Shown: positions 47,158 through 57,070 of the stretch, piece after piece
Position numbering within the stretch: the first letter of the stretch is position 1
Layout of the letters: the number at the start of each line of letters is the position of its first letter
Assembly (NCBI GenBank): GCA_947501265.1
Contig: CANMVY010000002.1
Location: forward strand, 226,859 to 290,858
Origin: Bacteroidota bacterium
GTDB taxonomy: Bacteria; Bacteroidota; Bacteroidia; UBA7662; CANHCV01
Length of the DNA stretch: 64,000 nt
Reading direction: 5' to 3'
The notes under the pieces: model-generated
Told to the model about the DNA's origin: nothing
What the model saw: only the letters and a program-made list of their open reading frames with translations
Databases searched by the model: none
Made by a program: the position numbers and the translations under genes

Positions 47158-48344
47158 GGCCTTAATTTTTTCATCCATTGAAAATATTCTTCAGCCAATT
47201 GATCCCGATTGAACCTGGTTTCTCCAAGCATTTTTGAATGAGCGGCCATTTCATTCCTTTCTTCTTCAGAATCCACCATTCTCTCAATGGCTTTTCCAAA
47301 TTCTACAGGATTCTCTTGGGGAACATTGATGCCACAAGGAACTTCAAGAAACAAGGTTTTGATCCACCCTTGAGTATTTTGAATGAGAGGAACACCAGCA
47401 GCGAAAGCATCAAATAGCTTGTTGGGGGAGCTGGTTTGAAAAACTTCCAAGTTGCGAAAAGTAACCAGTGCAGCATACGCATTTTGCAACCAACCAATCA
47501 CTTCTACTTTTGGTATTAACCCAAGAAAATCAATGTTTTGAATTTTTAATGTTCGCGCAAGTTCCATGAGTTGAGGCTTTTCTGCTCCTTCCCCAATGAT
47601 AACAAAACAAACTTCTGGCCGAGGGGCGAACGCTGAAATTCCACGAATCATTTGCTCGCAATTGTCCATGGCTCCCAAAGAACCCGTGTAAACGATGATT
47701 TTTTTACCATGGTATTTTTCCGGCAAAACAAACGAGGTTTTCTTTTGAAAAAGCTCAACATCGCTGGCATTGGGAATGGTTCGAACATCCAATTTGGGGA
47801 ATCGTTTTTGGATATTTTCCGTCATTCCATCCGAACAAGTAATAATAAAGTCCGACGCTTGATAAAAGGTTTTTTCGGCAAAAAGAGCAATTTTTTGAAG
47901 TCCCTTTTTTCGAATCATTCCCAACTCAATGGCTCCCAAAGGCCATAAATCACGAACTTCAAAAATCAATTTTTTACGTCGAATCCACTTGGCTACCAAG
48001 CCAGGCAGTCCGATGGTAATGGGACCAGAAGAAGCGATAGCGATGTCGTAATTCTCTACCAAAGCGTACCAAAGCGAGAAAAATGAAAATCCGAGAAACG
48101 TATAAATTCGCTTCCAAATGGGGTGTTTGTTGGATTGAGGAAGGTTAATGATTTTAACTTTGATGCCTTCAAAATTTTGGGTATCAAAAAACCGCTGAGC
48201 TGAAATATCGGATTTGTCGTAAGGACTGGTCACCACCGTGACTTCAGCTCCTTGGGCAACCCACCTTCGGCACATTTCGTAAACCCGGGTGCTCCAACCG
48301 CCTTTTGGGGTACCAAAGTATTGGTAAAAAACAATGATTTTCAA
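47154..48344 (-). CDS. GT4 glycosyltransferase (WbuB-like)
   Basis: FYQYF..P, FEVRDLWP, IPNA, YTGSLG, SPNKLFD..AAG.P; TTG start at a TTGA overlap. Confidence 0.88.
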   Translation of the reverse strand: MKIIVFYQYFGTPKGGWSTRVYEMCRRWVAQGAEVTVVTSPYDKSDISAQRFFDTQNFEGIKVKIINLPQSNKHPIWKRIYTFLGFSFFSLWYALVENYDIAIASSGPITIGLPGLVAKWIRRKKLIFEVRDLWPLGAIELGMIRKKGLQKIALFAEKTFYQASDFIITCSDGMTENIQKRFPKLDVRTIPNASDVELFQKKTSFVLPEKYHGKKIIVYTGSLGAMDNCEQMIRGISAFAPRPEVCFVIIGEGAEKPQLMELARTLKIQNIDFLGLIPKVEVIGWLQNAYAALVTFRNLEVFQTSSPNKLFDAFAAGVPLIQNTQGWIKTLFLEVPCGINVPQENPVEFGKAIERMVDSEEERNEMAAHSKMLGETRFNRDQLAEEYFQWMKKLRP

Positions 48345-49378
48345 GATTTTGATTTTTGGATGGCCGATTCGAACAAACTTTTCCATTGGAATTTCACCAC
48401 TTCCCAGTCCCATGCTTCAACGGTTTTCCGTCCGTTTTCGGAAAGGGATTCCGCTAACTGATCATTTTTCAAGATGGATAGAATGGCTTTTGCGCCTTCC
48501 TGTGGATTTTTAGCTGGATACAGCAATCCGTTTTCTCCATTTTGAATGATGAATGGCACTCCTCCAACGTTGGTGGAAACAACGGGTAAGCCAAGTGCCA
48601 TGGCCTCAATGACGGAAATGGGAGTATTGTCGATGTTGGTGGTGCTTAAAAAAATGGAAAAGTCTTTGGAATATTCCCTCCATTCTTTTTTCGATTTACC
48701 TCCAGTAGTCCAAGCAGCATCATTCAAGCCCAATGTTTTAGCATACGCGTTGAACTCGCCTAAACTACCGTCTTTATCGGGTCCAACCATGGCGAGGGTT
48801 GCATCTGGAAATTCCTCCCTTACCAATTTTAAAATATCAAGGGCCATCAAGGGATTGTAAACCTGATTCATGGATCTTACCCATAAAATTTGGGGACTGC
48901 AGTGCTTTCTTTTATGAAATTCGTATTCCTGAACTGGAATATTGTTGGGAATCATCTGAAATGAATACCCCTTTTCTTCAAAAGTAGATTTCAAAAATTG
49001 ACTTACCCCAATATTCATGTAAGAATTAGAAAAGACATGATCACACAATTTTGGAGAACCATTGATTCTTTCTTTCAAATTACCACCTCTTAAAATTGGA
49101 AAATAAGGGATCTTGAAGAAATAACACAAGCGAGCTACCAGCCAAGCAAAAAAGAACGCTTTTGAACTATAGGTATCGATCAAAACAATTTGAGCCCAAC
49201 GGCGAAAGCGAATAATGGCAAAAGCCATATCCAACCAACGCAAAAACTGATTTTTAACCGATGAGGAATACTTCATTTCACAGCCAATATCCTTCAATTG
49301 AACCCCTAAAGTTTCAATGGAGGTTGGGTTAATTCCGCCGGTTTTACTTAGCTTATTTCCAATATAAATTACTCGCAT
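48341..49378 (-). CDS. GT4 glycosyltransferase
   Basis: DNTPISVIEAMALGLPVVSTNVGG; start ATG 49378, 5 nt after TATTTTTG. Confidence 0.9.
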   Translation of the reverse strand: MRVIYIGNKLSKTGGINPTSIETLGVQLKDIGCEMKYSSSVKNQFLRWLDMAFAIIRFRRWAQIVLIDTYSSKAFFFAWLVARLCYFFKIPYFPILRGGNLKERINGSPKLCDHVFSNSYMNIGVSQFLKSTFEEKGYSFQMIPNNIPVQEYEFHKRKHCSPQILWVRSMNQVYNPLMALDILKLVREEFPDATLAMVGPDKDGSLGEFNAYAKTLGLNDAAWTTGGKSKKEWREYSKDFSIFLSTTNIDNTPISVIEAMALGLPVVSTNVGGVPFIIQNGENGLLYPAKNPQEGAKAILSILKNDQLAESLSENGRKTVEAWDWEVVKFQWKSLFESAIQKSKS

Positions 49379-49447
49379 TGACACAAAAATACCCATAAAA
49401 TGAACTGATATGGAAAAATAATCCAAAGAAATGTACTTTTGCAACAC

Positions 49448-50449
49448 ATGATTATCACTGCCATCGTCCCTTGTTACCAAGAAAAAAGAACCATTGATTC
49501 GGTACTTTTTCAAATGAGCAATCAGGAATGCCCAACTTTTGATTTAGAAATTTTGGTCGTCGATGGAGGTTCAACGGATGGAACCTTGGAAATAATTGCA
49601 TCATGGGAACAGAAAGATTCTCGCATTCGCCTGATTGCCAATCCGCAAAAAACAGCCAATCACGCCTTCAATTTAGGCATTCATCACTCCAAAGGAAGTC
49701 ATTTTGCGTTGATCAACGCACATACCTACTATCCACCCCGTTATTTGCAAATTCTCTGGGAAACCATGCAGGCCACTGGGGCAGTTGGAGTTTCGGGAAG
49801 AGTACTTCCAATTCTTGAATCGACCGATTTAGAAAGCAGATTGGTTTATTGCATTTCTACCTCATCATTTGGAGTTTCCTCCCAAAGTTATCGCATCGGG
49901 AAAAGCGGATTTACCGACTCGGTTAGTTTACCACTTTTCGATAAAAAAGCCGTTGAATCGGTAGGAATGTACCATCCGGATTTAGCTCGAAATCAGGACA
50001 ACGACATGAATTATAAATTGGTTGAGGCCGGATTCAAACTTTATGTTACCAACGAAATCTCGGCTTCATACCATCCACCAAGATCATTCAGAAAGCTCCT
50101 GCACTATGCTTTCAAATCGGGAGTTTGGAATACCAAAACCCTCTTGATGAAATTTCCCTGCATGAAATGGTACCATTTTATCCCCGGACTGTTTTTTGCA
50201 GGTCAAGTTTTTGGCGGACTTTCCTTTGGCTTATCCTATTGTTGTTCGGCCTTTTCAATTCCTGGTTTCATTTGGGTATTGGCGAATGTATTGTATTTTG
50301 CATTAGCATTTTTTTTCAGCTTTTCCCACCTAAAGGCGAAAGGCATTTTAAGGCTTTTTCTGCCGTTTGGGTTCTTTTTCTTTCACCTGGCTTACGGATT
50401 TGGGAATACCATTGGACTCGCATACCAAAGAAAAATTCCTAATTTTTAG
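49448..50449 (+). CDS. GT2 glycosyltransferase (ExoA-like) with C-terminal TM helices
   Basis: VPCYQE, VDGGSTDGT, NAH at the DxD position, RNQD. Confidence 0.88.
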   Translation: MIITAIVPCYQEKRTIDSVLFQMSNQECPTFDLEILVVDGGSTDGTLEIIASWEQKDSRIRLIANPQKTANHAFNLGIHHSKGSHFALINAHTYYPPRYLQILWETMQATGAVGVSGRVLPILESTDLESRLVYCISTSSFGVSSQSYRIGKSGFTDSVSLPLFDKKAVESVGMYHPDLARNQDNDMNYKLVEAGFKLYVTNEISASYHPPRSFRKLLHYAFKSGVWNTKTLLMKFPCMKWYHFIPGLFFAGQVFGGLSFGLSYCCSAFSIPGFIWVLANVLYFALAFFFSFSHLKAKGILRLFLPFGFFFFHLAYGFGNTIGLAYQRKIPNF

Positions 50450-50617
50450 ACGTTTTCTCAATTTGAAAAACTTTTTCCACACTCTCTTTTTTAAACGTTG
50501 GAAATTTGGGTAAAAAGTGAATTTTATAAAGTGAGTTTCATTCCAATTCCTCGAAAGTATTTTCTACTTTTGGGAACGACATGGAAAGATTTATTCTTTC
50601 CATATCTTTGAAGAAGC

Positions 50618-52936
50618 ATGAACTACCGTCCACGATTAAGTTTGATATTAAAAGGTTTGACCGAAATCACCGATCAAACAGAAAAACTATCTGAACTTTC
50701 CTTGGCGGTGTCTGAAACCATGGGATTTGTTCAAATTGATGTTCAAGATGAGCTTATTCCTTCCGAACATCACTCCCTTCAATTCCAGAAAGAACTGTTC
50801 TTTGCTGATGTTGCAAAGCTTTCTCCCCAGCTGTGTTGTTTGGAATTCGATTTCGATGAAAATGCACTGGTGTTCAATTCCTCCCTCGCAAAAATGGCTG
50901 GATCGAAATTGAACACCCTTTCGTTTACCTTCGGAAGTTTTCAAAATTCCATTTCATCCAAAGATCGCCCCAAAATTGTAACGGAACTCGTTAAAAACTT
51001 CGGAAAAAAAGAGGCATTCAACATCCCGCTTTCCTTAATAACCGGGAAAAAGGAATCTTCTTGGAAATTGCGTTTTCAATACCTCTTTCTTTACGATGAA
51101 CCGGTTCGATTGATTGGAGCCCTGATTCCCGAAAAACAAAAATTGAAAGATCATTCCATCTTTCAATCCATTTTCGACTCTGCTCCACAACCAACCCTGT
51201 TCATCAATCAAAACGGATTCATTCAAGCGCACAACCAAAAAGCTCGTCCTTTTTTCCAACGCGTTTTTGACCAAGAACTCGAAATCAACAAACCGATTAC
51301 CCAATACCTAAAGGGAGAATTGTATGGAATGTTTGATTCCATCATTCAACAAACCTTGCAAGGAGAGTCCATCAAACAATCCTATCACCTGAAAAGCATA
51401 CGTGGCAACCACCGCTGGATTGAGGTGAATACGTTTCCCATCTTTCAAAAAAGCAACCTTTCTTTTGAAGGAATTGTAGTGCAGTTTTCCGACATTACCT
51501 CAGAAAAATCGAAATCGGAAACGGCCGATCAGTCAACTCAAAAACTGAGCCTCGCGCTCGGCCTTACTGGATCAGGAGTTTGGGAATACGATCTCGAAAA
51601 CAATCGTTTTTGGTGGTCCAAAGAACACCATCAATTGTTCGGATTAACCGATTCTCTTGAACCATCAGAGTCCAACTTCTTAGCAAGCATTCTCTCGGAT
51701 GATCGTCCTGCTTTTACCAAGGCCCTTTACCATTCCATTCAAACGAGATCAGATCTCGATCAACAATTTAGAATTGAACATCCGCAACAAGGAATTCGTT
51801 GGATTCATTGCAAAGGCCTTTTTCATTTCGACCACGTGGCCGAAACGCACAAACTCATCGCCATAGAAACCGATGTTACCGATCAGCTGGAACAAGAAAA
51901 ACGCATTGCAAAAGCAGAAAGAACACTGAACGACCTCATCAAGGTTGTTCCTGTTGGTATTTTCAAAACCAACCTCGAAGGACTTTGCAACTTCCTAAAC
52001 GACCAAGGTGAAAAGATTATCGGAGTTGAAAAAATCGATGCTGAAGGATTCGGTTGGACCAAAAACTTGGATGAAAAAGATCGCATTCGTTTTTTCTCTC
52101 GTTGGCAACAATTGATCTCCGGCGTTGATGAACACGAAGTTATTGAAGACAACCTCGCTTTTTCTACCGAAGAAGGAAGCCGACAAGTGATGGTTCACCT
52201 CAAAGTAGAAAGAGACCTCGTTGGACAACCGATCGGATTTGTTGGAACTTTAACGGATGTTAGTCAAATCATTCAAAACGAAAAGAAAATCAAACGTTTG
52301 AATGAAATACTTGTCACTCAATACAACAAACTAAGAAAATACGCACACATCAATTCCCACGATTTGCGGGGTCCACTTACAACCATCATGTCCATCCTGA
52401 ATGTTTTGCGTTCCGGAGACACCAAATTGGATCGGGAATATTTGGATGCCCTTTTGAAATCTTCCGACAAAATGGATTCGGTGATCAAAGAGTTGAATGA
52501 GTTGTTGAAGGATGTTGAGTTTGAAGATGTGGTGGGCGAGAATTATGAAATTACGCAGTCACTCAACGTGATGTTGATTGATGATGATCCTTTTCAAAAT
52601 TTGATCAACAGCAAAGTTGTTTCCAATCAAAACTCCAACATTGTGGTTCACGATTTCAATGAGGCTCATCGGGCGTTGGAGTTGTTGATCAACAAAACCA
52701 TGGAACCCGATTTCATTCTTCTTGATTTATCGATGCCCATCATGAACGGTTGGGAATTTTTAGAAGAAATGGAACGCAATCAATTGGATATTCAGGTTCA
52801 CATCTTAACGTCATCCATCAATCCCAATGACTTTGTTCGCGCTAAATCTTTCAAAAACGTAAAAGGATTTTTATCCAAACCGTTGAAAGCAGAACTGGTT
52901 GATGCTATCCTTTCCAGGTACATTCCGTTGCGTTAA
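50618..52936 (+). CDS. Cytoplasmic multi-PAS / HisKA / receiver signalling protein lacking a HATPase_c domain
   Basis: Several PAS/PAC repeats; H-box SHDLRGPL; REC motifs (LIDDD, LLDLSMP, LTSS, KP) follow the DHp helices after a short linker. Confidence 0.85.
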   Translation: MNYRPRLSLILKGLTEITDQTEKLSELSLAVSETMGFVQIDVQDELIPSEHHSLQFQKELFFADVAKLSPQLCCLEFDFDENALVFNSSLAKMAGSKLNTLSFTFGSFQNSISSKDRPKIVTELVKNFGKKEAFNIPLSLITGKKESSWKLRFQYLFLYDEPVRLIGALIPEKQKLKDHSIFQSIFDSAPQPTLFINQNGFIQAHNQKARPFFQRVFDQELEINKPITQYLKGELYGMFDSIIQQTLQGESIKQSYHLKSIRGNHRWIEVNTFPIFQKSNLSFEGIVVQFSDITSEKSKSETADQSTQKLSLALGLTGSGVWEYDLENNRFWWSKEHHQLFGLTDSLEPSESNFLASILSDDRPAFTKALYHSIQTRSDLDQQFRIEHPQQGIRWIHCKGLFHFDHVAETHKLIAIETDVTDQLEQEKRIAKAERTLNDLIKVVPVGIFKTNLEGLCNFLNDQGEKIIGVEKIDAEGFGWTKNLDEKDRIRFFSRWQQLISGVDEHEVIEDNLAFSTEEGSRQVMVHLKVERDLVGQPIGFVGTLTDVSQIIQNEKKIKRLNEILVTQYNKLRKYAHINSHDLRGPLTTIMSILNVLRSGDTKLDREYLDALLKSSDKMDSVIKELNELLKDVEFEDVVGENYEITQSLNVMLIDDDPFQNLINSKVVSNQNSNIVVHDFNEAHRALELLINKTMEPDFILLDLSMPIMNGWEFLEEMERNQLDIQVHILTSSINPNDFVRAKSFKNVKGFLSKPLKAELVDAILSRYIPLR

Positions 52937-54102
52937 CCCAATTTTTTCGGATTGTTCCAAACGGCTGAATTGCCGCGAAGAACGTACTGAAAAAAACCGA
53001 GAAACATGGCGGCATTCATCCAGAAAAAATGAGCTGGATACCTAAAAATTCCACTTTTTAATTCAATTTTCCTGAATAACCAATCAAAGGCCAATACCAA
53101 TCCTACTGCCAATACGCCTAAAATAGTATTCCAAGGGAACAACAAACCAAATCCAAGAGTGGCCAAAATCATCAAAAAGGGGCCATACCACCGCAATACT
53201 TTGTAACTAAAAAAATGGTAACCCACCCTACCCTTCCACGGCCAAGACATCGATTGAAAAATAAAATAAGCCATAAAATTCCCTGAACCAATGCGCTTTT
53301 TGCGCCTGAATTGCAAGATCGGGTCGCCACTAACGTACAAATCTGAAATCGATTTTTCGGCGAAAACTGTTTTATACCCCTTACTCAAAACAGTCATGAA
53401 CAAAAAGAAGTCATCAACAATGATGCCGTAGGGTACGGTTTCGTACAGATCTTTTCGAATGGCAAAAATGGAACCAATGGCCCCGATAACGGTACCTTGT
53501 TTGCTTTGCCGCATTTTGATGGACATTTCAATCCGATTGAAAAAACTTTCCTGTTGCAAAGCTTCTGTACGATCCAATGGAATGGAATGAAAATTACCTT
53601 GAACCCCACCAACGTTAGCATCTTGAAACGGAGAGAGCAGGTGGGAAATTGTTTCTGGTCTAAACAAGGTATCAGCGTCGGTAAACACAATCACCTCTCC
53701 CTTTACCCATTGCAACAAATCTTCCATCACCACGGCCTTTCCACGACGCTCTTGAAAAGGAAAAAACGTAATATTCGGATACAATTGAACAAAGCTTTCG
53801 ATGATTTCATTGGTACCATCATCCGAACAATCTGAACCAATAATAAACTGCAAACGATCCATCGGATAAATGGTCGTTAACATGGATTTCATCTTTTGCT
53901 CAATGATGTCTTTTTCATTAAAAACCGCCAATAAAACCGTTGCTTGGGGTTGAAAATCATGGGAATAATGCTGGCTTGACTTCGATTGAAGGAATTGAGA
54001 CAACGGATAAATGAGGTAAGTATGAAGCAATAAAAAAACCGGAATAATCGCCAAGAAAATTCCAATCCATTCTAGTGTACCGTATCCAATGCTTGCATCC
54101 AC
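52933..54102 (-). CDS. GT2 membrane glycosyltransferase (IcaA/PgaC-like)
   Basis: SDCSDD, RRGK, FTDAD, VDDF, QFRRKKR, WNN; N- and C-terminal TM helices. Confidence 0.85.
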   Translation of the reverse strand: MDASIGYGTLEWIGIFLAIIPVFLLLHTYLIYPLSQFLQSKSSQHYSHDFQPQATVLLAVFNEKDIIEQKMKSMLTTIYPMDRLQFIIGSDCSDDGTNEIIESFVQLYPNITFFPFQERRGKAVVMEDLLQWVKGEVIVFTDADTLFRPETISHLLSPFQDANVGGVQGNFHSIPLDRTEALQQESFFNRIEMSIKMRQSKQGTVIGAIGSIFAIRKDLYETVPYGIIVDDFFLFMTVLSKGYKTVFAEKSISDLYVSGDPILQFRRKKRIGSGNFMAYFIFQSMSWPWKGRVGYHFFSYKVLRWYGPFLMILATLGFGLLFPWNTILGVLAVGLVLAFDWLFRKIELKSGIFRYPAHFFWMNAAMFLGFFQYVLRGNSAVWNNPKKLG

Positions 54103-55268
54103 TTCTCAAAGATAACTCGGTTATCGAAGTGTTGAAGCACAAATTCCCTTCCTTTTTGGGATAGTGAGATGGAAATCTCTGGTTTTGAAAGAACATCTTT
54201 AGCAACCTGCAACCACTCTTCTACACGATTAGCCTCCAACAGGTGTTGTTGATGAACCAATCCTAATCCTTCTGCTCCAACCGTTGTGCTGATACAGGGC
54301 ATACCCATGGCCAATGCTTCAATCAATTTTATTCGCACTCCACTTCCCGACCAAAGCGGAACAATTAAAAATCCGTGTTTGGAAAAATACTCCTTAACCG
54401 ATTCTACTTCTCCCACGAATTTCACTCCAGGAATATTCCGATTTTTCCAATGTTCTGGCATTCTTCGGCCCGCAACAGAAAGCGTTAACGATGGATGAGC
54501 GTGAATCAAAGCGGGCCAAATACATTCCAAAAAAAACTCCAGCCCCTGAACATTTGGCATCCACTCTAAGGAGGCCAAAAAGCACCACTTTTCTGAACTG
54601 GAGAAATTCAACAATTGGTAGTGCTGCAACGGAATTCCTGCTTCCAACAGGTGTTGCGGGGTAGAAGAGTTTTGTTTAAACCACGTTGCATCGACGGTAG
54701 AAATGGGTAAAATCCAATCCACTTTTTGGACCATTTCCGATTCTTCTTTCGCAATTTTTGGCCATTGACCATTCAAATACCATTTTTTCAACGGATTCTT
54801 GGCTTCTTGCGCCAAACGCTTCCAAATAAAATGCTCTACGTTATGTGCGCGAAAAACCAACCTCGCTTTGGAAAGTCGTCGAATTTGCTCCAAATAAGGC
54901 AACCAAAATGGCCCATCCAAATGAATCACATCAAATTGGCTGTTGGTTAGTACTTGAGTCATGGACTTCATCAATCCAAGATCGTTCAAACGAAGAGCAT
55001 GGTAGGAAGAAGATGAAAAAAGTGATTTGGTGGCTCCCCAAACGGTTGGGCGTGTATTCACATCCACTACCGTACATGTTACCCCCGAATAATGAGAAAG
55101 ATAGGATTGAATTTCTTCGTCGGAAATCCAATGTTTCGGAGTTCGAATGCAGAAGAGGTGAACTTCATTTCCTGTTTCCAAATACCCTTCTAAAATGCGC
55201 AACAACCCCAATGCGCCACCATCCTTTGGCGGGAAAGGTAATCGATAAGCAATTTGTAGTACTTTCAT
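54072..55268 (-). CDS. GT4 glycosyltransferase
   Basis: PFPPKDGG, HNVE, W.PN..GL, SGSGVRIKLIEALAMG.P.IST..GAEG. Confidence 0.88.
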   Translation of the reverse strand: MKVLQIAYRLPFPPKDGGALGLLRILEGYLETGNEVHLFCIRTPKHWISDEEIQSYLSHYSGVTCTVVDVNTRPTVWGATKSLFSSSSYHALRLNDLGLMKSMTQVLTNSQFDVIHLDGPFWLPYLEQIRRLSKARLVFRAHNVEHFIWKRLAQEAKNPLKKWYLNGQWPKIAKEESEMVQKVDWILPISTVDATWFKQNSSTPQHLLEAGIPLQHYQLLNFSSSEKWCFLASLEWMPNVQGLEFFLECIWPALIHAHPSLTLSVAGRRMPEHWKNRNIPGVKFVGEVESVKEYFSKHGFLIVPLWSGSGVRIKLIEALAMGMPCISTTVGAEGLGLVHQQHLLEANRVEEWLQVAKDVLSKPEISISLSQKGREFVLQHFDNRVIFEKWMQALDTVH

Positions 55269-56659
55269 TTCTTCCTTTTGAAAAGAGATTTCAATCCACC
55301 TGTATCAGTATTTGCGCGAACCATCAGCATTAAACCCACTGGAAGCAGAAGGAAAGTAGCCAACCACATGCCTTGCCACGGTTGAACCTTGCCCGATTCA
55401 GCCATTTTCTCACCGATCATGGACGTGACGTGATAAACCAAGAAGAAAAGAATAGAAAACAACATTGGCATGCCAAATCCACCTTTTTTAATGATCGCGC
55501 CCAAGGGAGCTCCAATTAGAAATAAAACCAAACAAGCCACGGAAAGGGTAAATTTTTTATGTCTTTCTACCAAATGAGCTGAGATGTTATTTTGTTGGTA
55601 TTCCAAGTCTCTTAACAACATGGAAGTATACGATTTTACAGACGAAACTCCATTTTTTGCATCTTGAAGCACCAAAAGATGAAAAGAATCGGGAACCATT
55701 TTTTCCCATTGAAATGCCGAAATGGCTGTTGGTTTTACCCTTCCTAAATTGGAATCGGCAACGATGGCGTAGTACTTATTTTGGAATCCGGCCACCTCGG
55801 CAATGCGGTTCGTTCTTTGAATTTTTAATGAATCGATGTTGGTGGATAACTGCTGTACAGTAAGCATGGTGTAAACATCCTTAAATGTACTTTCTTGGGT
55901 TCTTGAAAAACGAAAGGCAGAAAGATCAAAGCCCACCTGCTGTTCTTTGAATTCCATTTTCATAGCAGGAAGAACGGCTTTTTCCCCGGCTTTGGGTTGA
56001 ATTTCTTGGTATACAAAACCATCGTACAACTTCAAAACAAGGTAATGGTTGTTGGCAACACTTTCCATTTCTCCTCGCTGCGCATAGACGTATTTGGTAT
56101 TCCCTCTTCGCTCGGAATGATCGTAAATGGTAATTTGTCGAAGGGTTTTTCCATCATCGTCTTTTTTCCCAACATGAATGGAATAACCGTCGATTCCGTT
56201 GTAATAAACTCCAGCTTGAATGCTCAATGCCGGACGTTGCTCTCGAATATCGTACAATAAGGTTTGAAACTTGAGATTAACTACCGGCAGAATATTATTG
56301 GAAAAGAAAAAAGCAAATACCACCCAAACCAAGGTTAAACCGGTGAGCGGACGCATGAACCTCCACAAAGAAATTCCACCCGATTTGATCGCCGTCAGCT
56401 CAAAGAATTCCCCCAAATTTCCGAAGGTCATGAGGGTAGCCAATAAAATGGCCAAGGGTAACGCCATAGGAACAAAGGAAACCGAGGCCAAAGCCATCAA
56501 TTTCAAAATCAAAATTGTATCAAATCCTTTGCCAACCAAATCATCCACGTACTTCCATAAAAACTGAAGGACCAGAATAAATTCCACAACAAAAAACGTA
56601 GCCAGAAAAGGGGCAACGTAGGCTTTCAATAAAAATCGATGGAGAACTTTGGGCTTCAA
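55265..56659 (-). CDS. LptF/LptG family LPS export permease
   Basis: LVGKG, LPLAILLA, GNLGE..ELTAIKSGGISL, IGAPLGA..KKGG; 3+3 TM with periplasmic domain. Confidence 0.9.
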   Translation of the reverse strand: MKPKVLHRFLLKAYVAPFLATFFVVEFILVLQFLWKYVDDLVGKGFDTILILKLMALASVSFVPMALPLAILLATLMTFGNLGEFFELTAIKSGGISLWRFMRPLTGLTLVWVVFAFFFSNNILPVVNLKFQTLLYDIREQRPALSIQAGVYYNGIDGYSIHVGKKDDDGKTLRQITIYDHSERRGNTKYVYAQRGEMESVANNHYLVLKLYDGFVYQEIQPKAGEKAVLPAMKMEFKEQQVGFDLSAFRFSRTQESTFKDVYTMLTVQQLSTNIDSLKIQRTNRIAEVAGFQNKYYAIVADSNLGRVKPTAISAFQWEKMVPDSFHLLVLQDAKNGVSSVKSYTSMLLRDLEYQQNNISAHLVERHKKFTLSVACLVLFLIGAPLGAIIKKGGFGMPMLFSILFFLVYHVTSMIGEKMAESGKVQPWQGMWLATFLLLPVGLMLMVRANTDTGGLKSLFKRKK

Positions 56660-56680
56660 AACTGCTACAAAGATACGTTT

Positions 56681-57058
56681 TTATGCCCCAACTGCACGGT
56701 GCAATCGTTGAATAGACGTATCCCACAATAACTTCAAATCTTCCTCTTCCCCCACTTCACAAAAGTCCGTAATGAGCAACTCAATTTCTTCTGTTATTGC
56801 ATCAACCACGATCTGCAATTGAATGTACTCATCTGTTTGGTGGTAATCCAATTCAAACTTTACCGCTGCATTGATTTTTTTATCAACCACCTTCCCTTCT
56901 ACCACTTCTCCATTCCAATTGAAAGTCCAAAGATCTCCGTGGCTTTCAACCTTATCGGCAAACCACTGACTAAGAAAAACGGGATCGGTTAAATAGGTGT
57001 ACAACAAGGCTGGCTTGCATTTTACAGGGTATTCAATTTGCGATTTTATGTTTGCCAT
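56681..57058 (-). CDS. START-like (SRPBCC/AHSA1) domain protein
   Basis: LY.YL..P..LSQWFADKV, F.W, L.ITDF, LW...I..L pattern. Confidence 0.8.
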   Translation of the reverse strand: MANIKSQIEYPVKCKPALLYTYLTDPVFLSQWFADKVESHGDLWTFNWNGEVVEGKVVDKKINAAVKFELDYHQTDEYIQLQIVVDAITEEIELLITDFCEVGEEEDLKLLWDTSIQRLHRAVGA

Positions 57059-57070
57059 ACCAATTTACAT

